This document shows positions 47,801 to 62,800 of a stretch of DNA of 64,000 bases, piece after piece. Under the pieces are notes generated by a model. It saw only the letters and a program-made list of their open reading frames with translations. It did no database searches and had not been told where the DNA came from. Source of the stretch: Bugula neritina. Taxonomy: Eukaryota; Animalia; Bryozoa. The stretch lies in contig OZ037773.1 in the NCBI GenBank assembly GCA_964035545.1, positions 6,601,751 to 6,665,750 of the forward strand. The letters run 5' to 3'. Position 1 is the stretch's first letter. Every line of letters begins with the position of its first letter. Position numbers and translations under genes: made by a program.

Positions 47801-50800
47801 TAAAATATGTTTTCATTCTACAAGATAAATAAAAATACAAATTATAATAGTAGAGAGTTATAATATGTCAATGCAGCTACACTATTGGCTAATATTGCAA
47901 GTATAGAAATTATGGGAAGCGCTGGAAGAGGCAAAAAGCATAGTGACAGTAGTGACAGGTGGAAGTATTATATTGACACTATTTTCCATAAAAACTCTAT
48001 ACTGCGAGGCCATCGTGTTTACGGCTGGCATAGAGTTCATGGTAATCTAACTTTGCTCAGTTTTTGACAAATTTGTGTTATAAAACTTGATCTTTGCTCA
48101 AAAATTATACTCATGGTTTCCACCAAGACATATTTTATATTTCCAGCATGTTAGATGGCAGTTCACTCTGAGCCATGCTAGTCATTCATCTATTCCCCTT
48201 ATAGAGTATTTCACAAGTTTAAAAGGTAGAAGATGCACAGAAGAAACGGGTTTACAATTATTTTCAACACTAGTTACCAGTTAACTAGTTGTGTAATGTA
48301 TGAACAGCATATAACCGCTATGAGTCAGTCGTCATAAAACATTTACACAACATAAAGTGGGTATTTTCAGGCAGTTTTTGAAATGGCAACCAGATGTACG
48401 TTTTTCAATGTTATACCTTCATAGAGCCTGCATGTTTGAAGGAAATTCAATTTAATCTAATTTAAAACAAACTTTTTCTCAATACAATAAAATGGTGAAA
48501 CAAACAATTTGTTGGTTTCTTCAAGCAACCTAGTGCTACAGAGAAAATAATACGAACCAGTGAGGGGTCGTGGCATACAGCCCGCCATAGCCTACAGACC
48601 CGACTGGCACTCAGTCTATCTTGCACCGACAGGTGTCTGAACACACCTAGTAGGACGCCATAAACATCGCCGGTGAAAGAGAAGTTGACTGGACGACGAA
48701 CGACACTGCAAGAAGATTGCATATGATTGGTGGCTACAGCGCACTCATAAATGTAATGCAATGATTCCACACAAGTTTTAAATCAGTTTACTGTTGCACA
48801 TGTTATGTTTAACAAATATCTCTCATGTGCTTGAAGCATACAAAAGTGCTATATAAAACACTAGAACTGATTGGGATACTTTTAAAACTGAAACTAATGT
48901 TGGTGCGCTAACTACAATTGTTTCAATTAAGCACTGAATCCCAATCTGACAAAAAAGATGAAAAAAAAAACAAAACAGAGTTCACCAGAACAAACCTGGT
49001 AGGTGATGGCAGTTTGACAGGTGGCGCAGGTGCTGTCTCTGTTTGACACTCTGCATTTTTCCTGACGGTGACACCTGGTAGTCTGTTGGGCAGTTGAGTT
49101 GACGGAATGATGCTCTGAGGGCGTATAGCAGGCGGCGAGTTCACCACCATTATCTTGGGGGAGGAGACAGCGACATTGGCACTCGTATTCTTCACGACTA
49201 CAAGTTGATATTACACACAAATGAGATACGGTTTAGCAGGCTATATTGAAAATTGCCCTATTCAAATGCTATAAGTTGATACGAAAATACAGCAAAGTCA
49301 GTTTAAAGCGTTTGTGAATGTAAATGCTGTGTAGATCAGAATGTGCTAGCTCAAAAATAGTTTTTCAATCAAGAAATATATTTAATGCTATATGTGTATG
49401 AATATAGACAGAGCATATTTGAGAATTGTCTCCCTTTACACAGAATGCTGTTCACATACAACAAATCAAGTTGTTGTTGAGGTGGTTCACCTCTTCTCTT
49501 TCTAACATGTTCAAGTAGAACTACTTAAACATTACTTATACAGCATACAGAGGGAAGAAATAATGGATGAAATCACCAACAGACCATCTTCTACTGAACG
49601 CAGCCGTCAACTTACTTTGAAGCTGGCCACTGGCTGATCTACTGACAGCCACGCTGTTACCAATAGAAGCTATGCCGGGGCTGATGACCAGAGAGCGGAC
49701 TGGCATGGAAGACGGAGTCGTGTACCTTGGCTTCGGTGTTACAATTACAGGACTGGGGCTGGGCGTCCCCAGAGAGGGTATCACCACGTAGTTCCCATTC
49801 TAACAAAAGTTGAAACCACTGAGTAACATTGAACTACCACAATAACAGTTACTACTGCTACTAGTACTATTACTACTGGTGCTACTACTACGAGTAATAA
49901 TACTACTAGTAAGTACTACTACTACTACTTCTGCTACTACTACTACTAGTACTACTACTACTACTTCTGCTACTACTACTAGTACTATTACTACTGGTAC
50001 TACTACTTCCCCCAGCATCATAAGTAGAAAAGCTAAACAATAGCAGAATAGCAAATTAGTTGGTGACACAAAAACTTAATAGCTCAGTCACTAGTGATAT
50101 AAATATAATACTTACACTTACTCTATAGTGATATAAATATAATACCTACACTTACTCTATAGTGATATAAATATAATACCTACACTTACTCTATAGTGAT
50201 ATAAATATAATACCTACACTTACTCTATAGTGATATAAATATAACACCTACACTTACTCTATAGTGATATCAAGGTGACACTTACTTTAGGAACAAGAGA
50301 TCTGAACAACTGGGATCCAGGAACCCGCGCCACTGTAGGGGTGGAAATCTGACCGACTTGGGGGGCAAGAATCTTTGCCGTCTGGCAGGCAAGTCTACCG
50401 TAGGTCTTAGGAGCAATCTTGGCGTTCTGGTCGTATAATATCTACAGTCACACAGCAGTTGTATTGATCACAAAGTAGGAATGAATAGTTCAAGAGGATA
50501 AAGAAAAAGTAAGAAGCAGATGGGCCTAGGACAAGAGCAGGTGAAATAGAGCAGGTGAAATAGAGCACAGACAAGCTATATTAGCTCAGTGTAGAAACAG
50601 AGTATAATGAGAATATCACAATCTTATTAAACAGAGTGAGTGTGACAATCCTTCAAAGGACTTGGTGAGATGCCAAAACAGCGCTGTCGGTTGGGCGGGG
50701 GAGGGGGAAGGTAGAACTTCTTTTACCTGGGACATTGATTCAACCCCGACAGCACTTTTGTTCAGATTGTTGAGTTTAAAAGCCTTTGTGACATCAGGCT

Positions 50801-53800
50801 GGGCGGAGAGGGACGTGTGAGTAGTGGGAGCAGGGGCTAGTTTCATCTCCTTGACCTTCTTCTGGTAATTCTTTACACCTAAAGTTATGCACATGCTGTA
50901 TACAGTTAAAGTAATGCACATGCTGTATGCAGTTAAGCTTACACAGAAATATTTCAGCTGTACTAATATTGATGGTCATGTCAACTCCTAAATCAAGCAA
51001 GTTTATAGTCACAATCCCTGTGAGAAAACCCCTGATGGAGAGGTTTATTTTGTTAAAACAAGCTATAAGGACACGGGAGCAATTATGACTGGATGCTCTT
51101 CCTAATATCACCAATAACCTTTACTGGGGCTCAAACCTATGACCATGTCAACTACAATTAAACTCATCCAAACAAACCCGCAGTAGCAAAAAGTAACTAT
51201 GCTTGTATTCCAAATTATTGAGTGACAATGAACAAACTCCGTCCACAGTAAAACTTCGCCCACGACACTCGGATTTTCATAATATTTCTGGTCACATGAC
51301 CTACACTACATACAAGTCACATGACCTACACTACATACAAGTCACATGACTGGTCACATGACTTACTTGTATTCGATTGGTTAGATTCCGCGACTTGCTG
51401 CTCATACAGAACTACAGACGACAGCATGTCTTCCAGTATCTTCTGCACACGCAGCTCTCTGAAGGAGAACTCACTTAGGTCAAGGTCACTTGATGAGGGG
51501 GCCTCAGGCTCTACCTGTTACACAACATACAGAGTTAGCATCTAATCTAGCACGGATATCGGCCATTAGCAGCTGAGTTGGAAAGGTAATCACCAACATG
51601 TTCCCACTGTACCATAAGCCTATGTTCTCACATAGGCTTATGGTACAGTGAGAACATGGATGGATGCTGAGAGTAGACGAATCCCATTGAAATATTGATG
51701 CAGGTAGCCTATGCTCTGGAATATGTCTAATAGACTGAGGGTTGAATGTGAAAGGTGTATATTAGTTGATAGTGAAGATACGTAACAGGCATTTTTGCAT
51801 TTCCATACAAATCAAATATGTCCAGTCAAGACTAGAAGGGGCTTGGTGTAGTTTCAGACCATGTGGGACGGTACCTCGACAAGTAGTAACTGAAAATACC
51901 AAAACTTTCCATAACAGCACAACACCATGAACCAGCAAAACAGCCCTTTTTTGAGTTCCATTTTGTTGCCCTGTGACTACCGTAAGGGCACGTCACTTAC
52001 ACTAGCGGAATTCTCTAATCTTTCTGAATCAACAGTTCCCGGTTCCTTCTTGATGACTAAACCATTGCGGATATCAGGTGCCGGCGTATCTACAGGTTCT
52101 TTCTTTACGGTTAAAAGTTGGCCAGGTTGTGCTGCCGGCGTCTTGGAAGAAGTATCACTTCTTTCAAGTCGCAATGAGACCTCCTTATAGCAGTCCAGTA
52201 GAGATTTATATTTTCTCTGAAAAAAGAAAAGTAACACTGGTTTGCGGACGTTGGTCATCAGCTTATATCCAAAAAAGTGACATGAAACTGCAGAGAAATG
52301 ATTTGCTGATAGTAACTACACAATATCAGTAGTGAGCATATCATGGGAATAATACGAAAAAGAGAATTGCCATATCACTAGATTGCATTGGCTGTAAGAA
52401 ATAAGCCTTCTGACATCTATGAATTCAAACAATTCTAACCAAGTCCTTAGACGAGGAATAAGTGTACACGATTACAACAAAAACCGGGTAAAACCTATTG
52501 AAGAGCCAATAATGGACAAGCCTCTTATACTCACACGGGGCGCAAGTGGTGCAGCAGGTGGTGGCTCTTTGTCAGCCGGCAGCGGCATTTCTGACGGCTT
52601 CAGCACAACATTATCTTTGATATAGATCTTCACCCCTGCATGAGTCAGTCATACGGTGTTAGCCAATCACATGACACATATTATAGTGTTAGCCAATCAC
52701 AGGACACGTATGACAGTGTTAGCCAATCACAGGACACGTATTACAGTGTTAGCTAATCACAGGACACGTATTACAGTGTTAGCCAATCACAGGACACGTA
52801 TTACAGTGTTAGCCAATCATAGGACAGGTATGACAGTGTTAGCCAATCACAGGACACGTATGACAGTGTTAGCCAATCATAGGACACGTATGACAGTGTT
52901 AGCCAATCACAGGACACGTATGACAGTGTTAGCGAATCACAGGACACGTATGACAGTGTTCACACAAAAAAATAAATTCTCGAATCATTTAAGATAAAAA
53001 GTAGTCAGCAGTCCTCATTATTTAATTGTTTATTCAGTCTGTAGTGTATGGTGAGAGTCTGTAGTGTATAGAGACAGTCTGTAGTGCATGGAGACAGTCT
53101 GTAGTGCATGGAGACAGTCTGTAGTGCATGGAGACAGTCTGTAGTGCATGGAGACAGTCTGTAGTGTATGGAGACAGTCTGTAGTGTCTGGAGACAGTCT
53201 GTAGTGTTTAGAGACAGTCTGTAGTGTTTAGAAACAGCCAGTAGTGTCTGGAGACAGTCTGCAGTGCATGGAGACAGTCTGTAGTGTATGGAGAGAGTCT
53301 GTAGTGCATGGAGACAGTCTGTAGTGTTTAGAGACAGTCTGTAGTGTTTAGAAACAGCCAGTAGTGTCTGGAGACAGTCTGTAGTGCATGGAGACAGTCT
53401 GCAGTGTATGGAGACAGTCTGTAGTGTTTAGAGACAGTCTGTAGTGTTTAGAAACAGTCTGTAGTGTATAGAGACAGTCTGTAGTGCATGGAGACAGTCT
53501 GCAGTGCATGGAGACAGTCTGTAGTGTATGGAGACAGTCTGTAGTGTCTGGAGAGAGTCTGTAGTGCATGAAGACAGTCTGTAGTGCATGGAGACAGTCT
53601 GTAGTGTCTGGAGACAGTCTGCAGTGTATGGAGACAGTCTGTAGTGTTTAGAGACAGTCTGTAGTGTTTAGAAACAGTCTGTAGTGTATAGAGACAGTCT
53701 GTAGTGCATGGAGACAGTCTGCAGTGCATGGAGACAGTCTGTAGTGTCTGGAGACAGTCTGTAGTGTCTGGAGAGAGTCTGTAGTGCATGAAGACAGTCT

Positions 53801-56800
53801 GTAGTGTCTGGAGACAGTCTGTAGTGTCTGGAGAGAGTCTGTAGTGCATGGAGACAGTCTGTAGTGTCTGGAGACAGTCTGTAGTGCATGGAGACAGAAT
53901 TTACCAGAATCTTCTTACCAGTCTCTGTTCTAATTAGCCGAGAAGGATCCACCTTGAATGTCTCGTTGTTCAGCTTCAGAGCAAACGGAGACTTGGTATC
54001 AATTTTATTGAGTATGTGTAGAGGAATGGTGATGAGACGCCCCGACTTGTTACTATCTTTGGTGACAGGCTGTTCCTTGAGCAAAGCAGAAATGTTAGCC
54101 TTGGCTCCAGACTCCTGGTACAGCAAAAGTAGCAAAAAATTTTCATTCACTTATTGATCAAAACAATTACATAAAGAAATAGCAGATCAGCATACAAGAG
54201 GGCAAAACTCCCAACACGTTTATAAAATAAAACCAAAGTTGAGAATTGAAACCAAATTAATACAAATTCCAGTAAAGAATGTAGATCATGATGGCATGCC
54301 TACTTGTTATTTGAAATTGAAAGCACAAGTAGCTATAAACTCATTTAGTCTCATTCCATTAAAGTAAAAGTTACTACTAACAGAGAGAGCGTCTGTTGCA
54401 GTAAAATATCCTTGAAAGTAGATTTTGTAACATGGAGTTGCGAACCCTTGAAGATTGACAACCGTCAACTTACTGTTCATGACAAAAATAAAACCCTCAA
54501 ATGCCGTTACGCATTGTAAAACTAACATATCTTTGAAGTAAGTAACAGGAAGTAGTATATCATATAACTCACACTAGCTACATTACTCTTTACACCACCA
54601 GAGGGCACTTTCCTCGACTTCATAATACAAAGCTAAAAGACAACAAATATCTATGAGTACCCCAATATGTGGAACTACTTTGGACAAGAGTCTACATGCA
54701 CAGTTTACCTTTGTATACAAGATACTGATAATACACTATGCATCTTCCTAGAGCCCTAGACTAAAGTTGCCTTTATACCTTCACGATTTTTGGTCAGAAT
54801 TTCAATTTGGCCGGGTTGAAATTTCACCGAGTTGCATTGCATTGTAAAAGCCACTCGTAAAATTTTTTGTACTGTGATAACTTAATCGGCCAATTTTAGA
54901 ATAGGAGTAATAACTCCTTGTAAACATCGTTATTTAGTTATTACTTTGGCGATTAGACAACGTACTTATACGGTTACAATTATATAGCCTACGCCTTCTC
55001 AATTATCGCTTTTATGCTGTCCGCTTCACTAATTCACGACGTTTATAAAGGGCATCAAATAGCTATTATGCGAGTCAATTTTCAATTTCAGAAAGTGAGC
55101 AACCGCATCAATATGATTTCAACGAGTTTCAGTTTGACTATAAAAGGGCACCCGGACAAGCATCATTAACTTAAACTCGGTACTTTTTTCAGCAGAGCCA
55201 TAAACGCAACTTAACTGGTGTACTTCACTGGACTACCAAAGAATCTGACGAAACTGTTTCTAGTTTACATGTACGAAAATTTGTGACCGTATGATGCCCT
55301 TTGCATATCAATGGCACTAACAAACAGTAACACACAGTGACACAGACTAACATATTATAGTAAAATATTGACAAAGTCACCAAGATGGAACAGTTAACAA
55401 TAATTACTAAAGCTGCACATACTTGTAAACATTTAACTAACTTTACAAACTCAGCATCATACTAATACTACAGCTGAATATACACTAATTTTATAACTTT
55501 ATCCAATTAAATTCAGAATAATCGAAAGCAATTAATAATAAAGAATATTAGTACAAATTCAAAAATAAGATCAACTGTCTAGTAATTTGATGCACTCAGA
55601 CGACTTACCGAGCATACGAAGAGGGCATCTTTGCCACTGGTGGACCAGTTGATACACTCCTGGTGGTATAGTAACAGACAGACGCCACACTGCACAGTAG
55701 GGGTGGCCTTATTCACCCCCACACAGTTGCTGGTGCAGGGCTGTGGGGGCTACAAACAATATCAATGTTTACATTATGAGCAATAAATTGCTGCACCAGA
55801 TGTATGATAACTCCCGATTAAAATTGACTTCTCACATGCCATTTTTTCACAATTTTCATAAAACGACTGAAATCATTACAAATTTAAAAAAGTGTAATAA
55901 AACAGATTTACGGGAAGCTTGTGCAAACTTATCTCAAAATATTACTCAAATTTGCCAGACAGCTAATAAATACACAAAACCAATTTCAAACAGGATTAGG
56001 TTTAGGAAAATTGTCAATTTCAGTGTTACGTCATATAGCTTCATAACTGTCCCTTACTGTATTCCCAATACACTTTACGTGCAAATAATGTAAATGATTT
56101 TCAACAAACCTATTCAGCAAAAGTATAAAATATCTCGCGAAACCTCCAATTATTTTCACCTACAGCTATTATAACGACACGTTTTTCGAATAATTGAATT
56201 TTATAGGAACAGTGAGTGAGCCTGAATAGTCTGTATCCCTACCTTAAGAGAGGGGGGTTTACCAGCTGGCCCCACAACCTTCAGAGTGTTTGTTTTGGGC
56301 AGTATATTCAGGGTGGTGTTGCTGCTGTTGGTTAAATACTGCTTGGCTCTTTCTAATGCAGATTTGTCTGCTCTAATCTTTTTCATTGGCTGACTGGAAG
56401 GGCCATTACTCACGTCACGTTTCGCTCGAATAGGTCTAAAGGGGGATGTTTTCGGGGTGGCGGTTTTGGACTTGGACTACAATAGACATCACTTTGCAGG
56501 TAATAACACTATTAGACACAATAATACCATGTATAACCAACTGTATTAATGTACAAACACAAAGTATAGGAAGTTGACAAACTACCAATTTGGAGTTACA
56601 TGCTCAATATAACCATAAACACAATTACAGTACTCCCTCCATATCTCACTAAGCTGTGGCCCCCGCAACCTCAATTCGTGACATAGCAGAATACCAGATT
56701 TAACTCACGGATCGGTTAAATTCGGCCATTTTGTTCATATACACACATACAAAGCTCCGAAATGAGAGTCCAAGCCTTTCCCACGAACTATGGAGTTTTG

Positions 56801-59800
56801 TGAGAACTAGATCCATGAGATATATGGAAGGAGCACTGTATGTTATGGTAATTGGAGTGAACTCAGCGTGAACTACACACTGTGTATTCATTCAACGGCA
56901 GTAAGATACACATCTATTATCATCCAGGTATTCTTAAAAACTACATCTGCTAGCAATCTCTGAATACACTGTGTAAACAATTTGAATATTCCTAGCAGTA
57001 GAAATTTCAAATGAAACTGTGCAGAAATTAGAATTTTTTTAAAGCACTGCAAAGGGAAATTATAAAATTACAAATCTTAATTGATAACATAAATATAAAC
57101 TTGTAAGGAATTGCAAGCAAAAATCAATGGTCTAAAAACCCTAATCGTTATGAGAAAATGTAGCAGAAAAACCTACAGTGTGAATTCAAGCGCCATGACA
57201 AAAAATAAGTCATACTTGCAACAACACCAAATAAATTTACATTAAACATTTAAATCACTGAAACTGAAAATTGAGCAAAGTGAAACCACACACAACAAAG
57301 AGAAACAACCCAGAATACCTTGGACGATGGGCGTGGCTTAGGAGTAGGCGGAGTTTCCGGGGAGGTGGTAGCGGAGCTCGTGAGAAAGGCGGACATACTG
57401 GGAGGAGTGCCAGAAGGAGTGCTGGACTCAGACTTCACTTTCACTGACTTTCCTGTGGACTTCTTCTCCGATTTGACATCTAAACATACATTTAGTTGAT
57501 ACAACTAAATAAGAGTCACAATCTCTGAATAGCACTAGTTTCTGTTACTTCGGATGGATGAATTTGTGGTTGTTGTTTGCATCAACTTATGGTTCTGATT
57601 TCATTCGATGCAACTGTTTGCAAACATTGAATGAAAAATTCATTACATAATCATAATGGGAAGCTTGTTAATCAGTTTGACTTGTTTGTTGTAACTTAGG
57701 GAACTCCTGCAGCATAAAACCCTACTATACCAGATATAGGATTCAGTTGAACTAATTTATGACAAACTGGAAAAAACTGCTGTTTATCTGAAAATTACAC
57801 ACGGTGTTATTTTATCTACTGAATTTAAATGTGTGTAACAAATTGATCAAGGGGGAAATCGACAATATACAAAAATTCCAATAAGTTATAACCTACTCAT
57901 TGTGATTGTGATTTGATAAATATTATTAATAAATAATTTGACCTTCAGCTTTCACTGACTTTAGTTTATGATTATCAACAATAACAACAGAATAATAATT
58001 TAATTTTCAGCAATTACAATATGGTGAAGGTAATTTGACTTATCAGAAAGCAACATAATGATTATAAACAAAAAAATATGTTAAATTGTCACACATTTAG
58101 TAAAACTAATCTTATGACAATATTTTTGGAAGAATGGACAAATATTTTTCAAATTATTGTATTAATATAATTATATACAAACTAGTGTAGTTTAAACTAT
58201 ATATAATAAAGTTCTGGCTACGACGAAAGTTTTAAACACCTACAAGGTTGTAGAATAGGCAACTCTGCATAAAAAGTGAACTTTCAAATTTGGCAGTTAC
58301 CAGTCCATTGAAATATCACTTTATAGTTCAGCATGTACTTTAAAAGACACAGCAAAATCATGTGGTTTTATTACACTTCACAAAAGCTGCTGCTTGCTAA
58401 ATAAAGGAATCTGATATATATTAGGTAGAATATCTTTACAAGGCATTAAAAAAACTCTAAATTCTGAACTTATTGTCCCAATATTTAGAGGATGTATTAT
58501 AAAACAAATATATAAAAGAACAAATGAATATTAAAATCCCATGCCACTAGGATGGCAGAGCCATTAATAGAGGCTAATTCAAGTAACCAAGATAAACAAA
58601 GTAGCCATTTTTAAATTGATAATAGCCGTTAACCTAGATATGCATGTTAATAGAGGGGTGGGGGGAGAGGGGCTGTCTTCTATAACCAAAGGATTTCAGA
58701 AACACAACTTTAAAAGAACGGAACAGCTGCAACTACACTGCATTAAGTTGCAAATACTAATAGCAGAAAACTCACCAACTTTCCGGCCACCAACTTTCCC
58801 GGCCAGTCGGACAAATTCTTCAGGGGCTTTATAAAACGCTCGTTTAGCAAAACTGAAGTTATCAGACGACAGGCTCGGTACGTTCATGTCAAACACTGCA
58901 AAGGCAAGAGACAGAGTTGATGGTATTGGCAACTCGGAGGGCATGAAAAGGCGTTCAAAATGGAGAAAGCTACTCTAATTTCCAAATAATAAAAGTTGAA
59001 AATTACTGCAATCGCGTTGCAATGCTAGCATTGCTTTGCTAGTTACATAATAGGTAGACACGTTCGACACATTACACTAATGACTCTCACAACTATGGTC
59101 TACCCAACACATCTATAGGATTGAGACTAGAATATTCATCAGAACTGATCAATAGACAGCCATCTCTGCCATTCAACAAGTTTTCTACATTCACACCGAT
59201 ATATATACTAGTCTACTTACGGAATTCTTGAATCTTTACTACTGACCGCTGAAAAGAAAACAGACAGATATCAGATTATCCATCACATAGATGTGAGCAA
59301 GACGTATTATAGAAAATGCGTTATCAAGAAGAACTTTACAGGAGAAGCAAATCCCAAACACTACTAATATTTCGAGTTTGAGATTTGAGTTTACACCTAC
59401 TAGTTTATAGCTGAGAACAATTAGCCACTAATGAGTTGCAAGTGGCTATCAACTAGTAGAATAAGTTATAGCTGAGAGTAGACCTAAAGTCCTAAAAATA
59501 GAACTATCATAAACTGGAGCGTACGAGAAGGGTACGAAAGGAGGTGCAGAAGAGGGTGGATCCAACCATCAATCTCAGTTGTCAAGCTGCAGCTAATCTA
59601 GTTGATTTTCTTTTAAAAATAAAACTACTTCAACTGGTTGTTTCCTTCCCGAGTTGCCGTTAGGTGTCTTAAAATCTAATACTTCGCCACAAATCTCTAA
59701 GATATAATAACAATTCCCACTTGTTTGCTGACACTGAATGTAGTGATTTAGCCAAAATTAGTATTACTCTCTAATTTGAAGCAGCATAAATAACTTTTCA

Positions 59801-62800
59801 ATATTCAATCCAAGAACAACAGCAACGCAAAGTGTCTCTACCTCTCCCTGCACCATACTTACGTTTGGATAGAGAAATGCAGCTAGCTCTATGTACATCC
59901 CAAAAGTTAAAATGATACATGAACAGCTAAAAGTGTGCTTCCCCCTTGCCAGCTAGAGCAAGAATGATTTCTACTTCAAGCTAATCAGCTGTACATTGCC
60001 TGGATGCAATGTCAAAGGAAATCCAATGAAAGAGGTCAACATTAGTGATTACATAATAATATAAATGGTGACAACAACTACCCTCACATACACCTGTTGT
60101 GAGTATGACTGATAGATAATTATTTATGTCCTGCAGATGTTATGCTAACCACTGTCTAGCATTATCGAACAAACACTTGAGACAGCAGCTAAGCACAATT
60201 AAAAGGAGTTAATTGAATCAGTTTTTTCATGTGTATTTATAGTATTTTATAGCATTTCACAAAAGGTATTCTACAGCAGATATGGCTGGATCAACTAAAA
60301 GCAGAAAATTTACATAAATTGCTTGAAGACCACTCGACTACCAAAACCTTTTGTTCAACTATAGCAAGCTGTATTGGCTGAGTTACATTTACTTCGAAGT
60401 CTCCAGGTATAGGCTCCATGAAACCAGCAGCAAAAAGAATAAAATTATTTCTTTCCGGGGTAGAAGCAATGGCAGTACTCGGCTTCGAGGACAGAAATGT
60501 TGACAAGTGTCAAAAGTGTGGCATAGCGACACAGTGCCCTATGCGTCACAAATGTGTCACAGCAACACAATGTCATGTGTGTCACTGCGAGACACAATGC
60601 CTTAAGTGTCATGTGTGTCACTGCGAGACACAGTGCCCGAAGTTTCATGAGTGTGACACAGCAACACAATGCCCTAAGTGTCACAAATGTGTCACAGCAA
60701 CACAGTGTCATGTGTGTCACTGCGAGACACAATGCCTAAAGTGTCATGTGTGTCACTGCGAGACACAGTGCCCTAAGTGTCATGAGTGTGACACAGCAAC
60801 ACAGTGCCCTAAGTATCACGGGTGTGCCACGAAGACACTGTAGACTAAATGTCACAAAAATAAAGCAGAAGTCTGACAACAACCTCAGCACCAGCAGGGT
60901 AACTTGTAGCATATAAATTGTTAATCTATTTTTAAACTCATGGGTCTAATATCACAGCAGGATATCTTAGTCAAAGCTTATTGGAAAAACCAGCATGCTA
61001 TTTTCGTCTCAACATTTTTTGTTTAATTATACAACAATCACAATGTTAGAGTACAACTTTGATGAAAATAAAATCTTATTAAAAATGCAGCATTTTTTGT
61101 TACAACATTTACAAACTTCAATTTCATGCAATTTCAGTTATTCATATTTTTTTGTGTTTTGTACATGGGTCAGTGTAAAGAAAAACCCTACACTGAAAAG
61201 CAGATACGATTGAGTAAAAGCTATACAAATGCCTGTGAGTCTGTACCCCCTCCCCTTACTTTCACCTACACTAATCTAGAACTGAGTATATACACACAGA
61301 CACACCTTCCAGGGTGAATAATAGTACATAGTTAGGAATATGACACAATCAATGGTGGTCATAGCACTAGTCTAAAAAACCAATGAATAACAAGGGTTAA
61401 CTATAAAAATATGCTTGCTAACAATAGCCCATTTGCCCATTTACGAGGAGGGCTAATGGCTAATAAATTACAAAAAGTATGCTATTTTAAAAGATATTAA
61501 AAATGATTTGTTGGATTCGGAAACTAAATGGTAGGGTAAAAGATTTCACTACTTTTAGAAAAACAGCAAGAGAAAGTTCAATTTTCCTAATCTTACAATA
61601 ACTTTGTAAGAAGATGTATTTAGAATAACAACTGACCAGTTTAACAGAGCCGAACTCTTTAGGAGCGTAATAGTAGGTGTCTGCAGCGGTGTGCTTCCTT
61701 TCCAGGTGACCAATATCTACATTCTGCGGGTTTCTTAAAACCAACTCTCTGATCCAGCCTGATACATGGTACGTAGAGTATATAGTAGTTACAGTACATG
61801 GTACATAGAGTATATAGTAGTTACAGTACATGGTACGTAGAGTATATAGTAGTTACAGTACACGGTACATAGAGTATATAGTAGTTGCAGTACATGGTAC
61901 ATAGAGTATATAGTAGTTGCAGTACACGGTACATAGAGTATATAGTAGTTGCAGTACACGGTACATAGAGTATATAGTAGTTACAGTACACGGTACATAG
62001 AATATAATATCATATAGTATATAGAGTACATACTATACAGTATGTATACAACATATACATACATATATAAAGTACAACTTCTGTATCTTCAACTATGTTA
62101 TGCGTTAGTAGAGAATAAACTCACCGTGTTTGAACGGCTCTAGCAGGGCAGCTGGGGGATCCTCCATGACCATAGAGGGGTGAAGGTCACTGTGAGAAAC
62201 TAGAAGAAATCAACACGAGCTGGGTAAGATAATTCTAAAGGGTGGAATATGTAGAATACCGACTATCATTAGTAATTATACAGACTAACAGGCATAGTCA
62301 AGAGTTGAGAGAAATGAAACATCCATACAAAAGAAGAGATCATTACAGGTTAACTAAGAGACCCACAACAAGCAAATGAAAACAATTACGAATAAATTTA
62401 GCATAAAAAAATGAAGGTTTACATTCACCTAATGTTATTTTAACTTAGAAACTAGCGAAAGATGATAAAATATTCCATTTTTACATTTATTTCAATTAAA
62501 ACTATGTTCATATTCAAAATAAAATCCTTTATAAACAATGTTGATAACCAGTTTTACTACAACGTATCTATCTCAGACTAAGTTTTACTATAACTGCCTA
62601 CGTCTCGCATTATAACTAAAAATAGATAGCAAGAACCTTTGACTAAAACATCGAAGCAACAGCTTTACCTGCATTTAAAATATTTTAATATTCATTCATT
62701 AGAAGTCATTTAGAAGCGAAAAAAATTACAAGTTTTAAATATTGCAAGACCATCCAAGTCTTGATATTTTAGTATTTGTTCATTAAAAATCAGTTGCAAG

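Noticed and set aside
52656-53897. LANHRTR and HYRLSPDTTDC repeat ORFs, or a CRISPR-like array
   Set aside because: Head-to-tail minisatellites without unique spacers in a eukaryotic intron; no cas genes.
53905-53918. Donor at 53904 (CTG|GTAAAT) for the MBD-F-box gene exon
   Set aside because: Gives an immediate stop in the next exon; the phase-1 donor at 53918 (G|GTAAGA) keeps the frame.
60418-60843. Metallothionein-like or multiheme (CxxCH) Cys-rich ORF
   Set aside because: Translation of a TGTGTCA-rich tandem repeat, open in several frames and both strands, antisense within an intron; no independent coding evidence.
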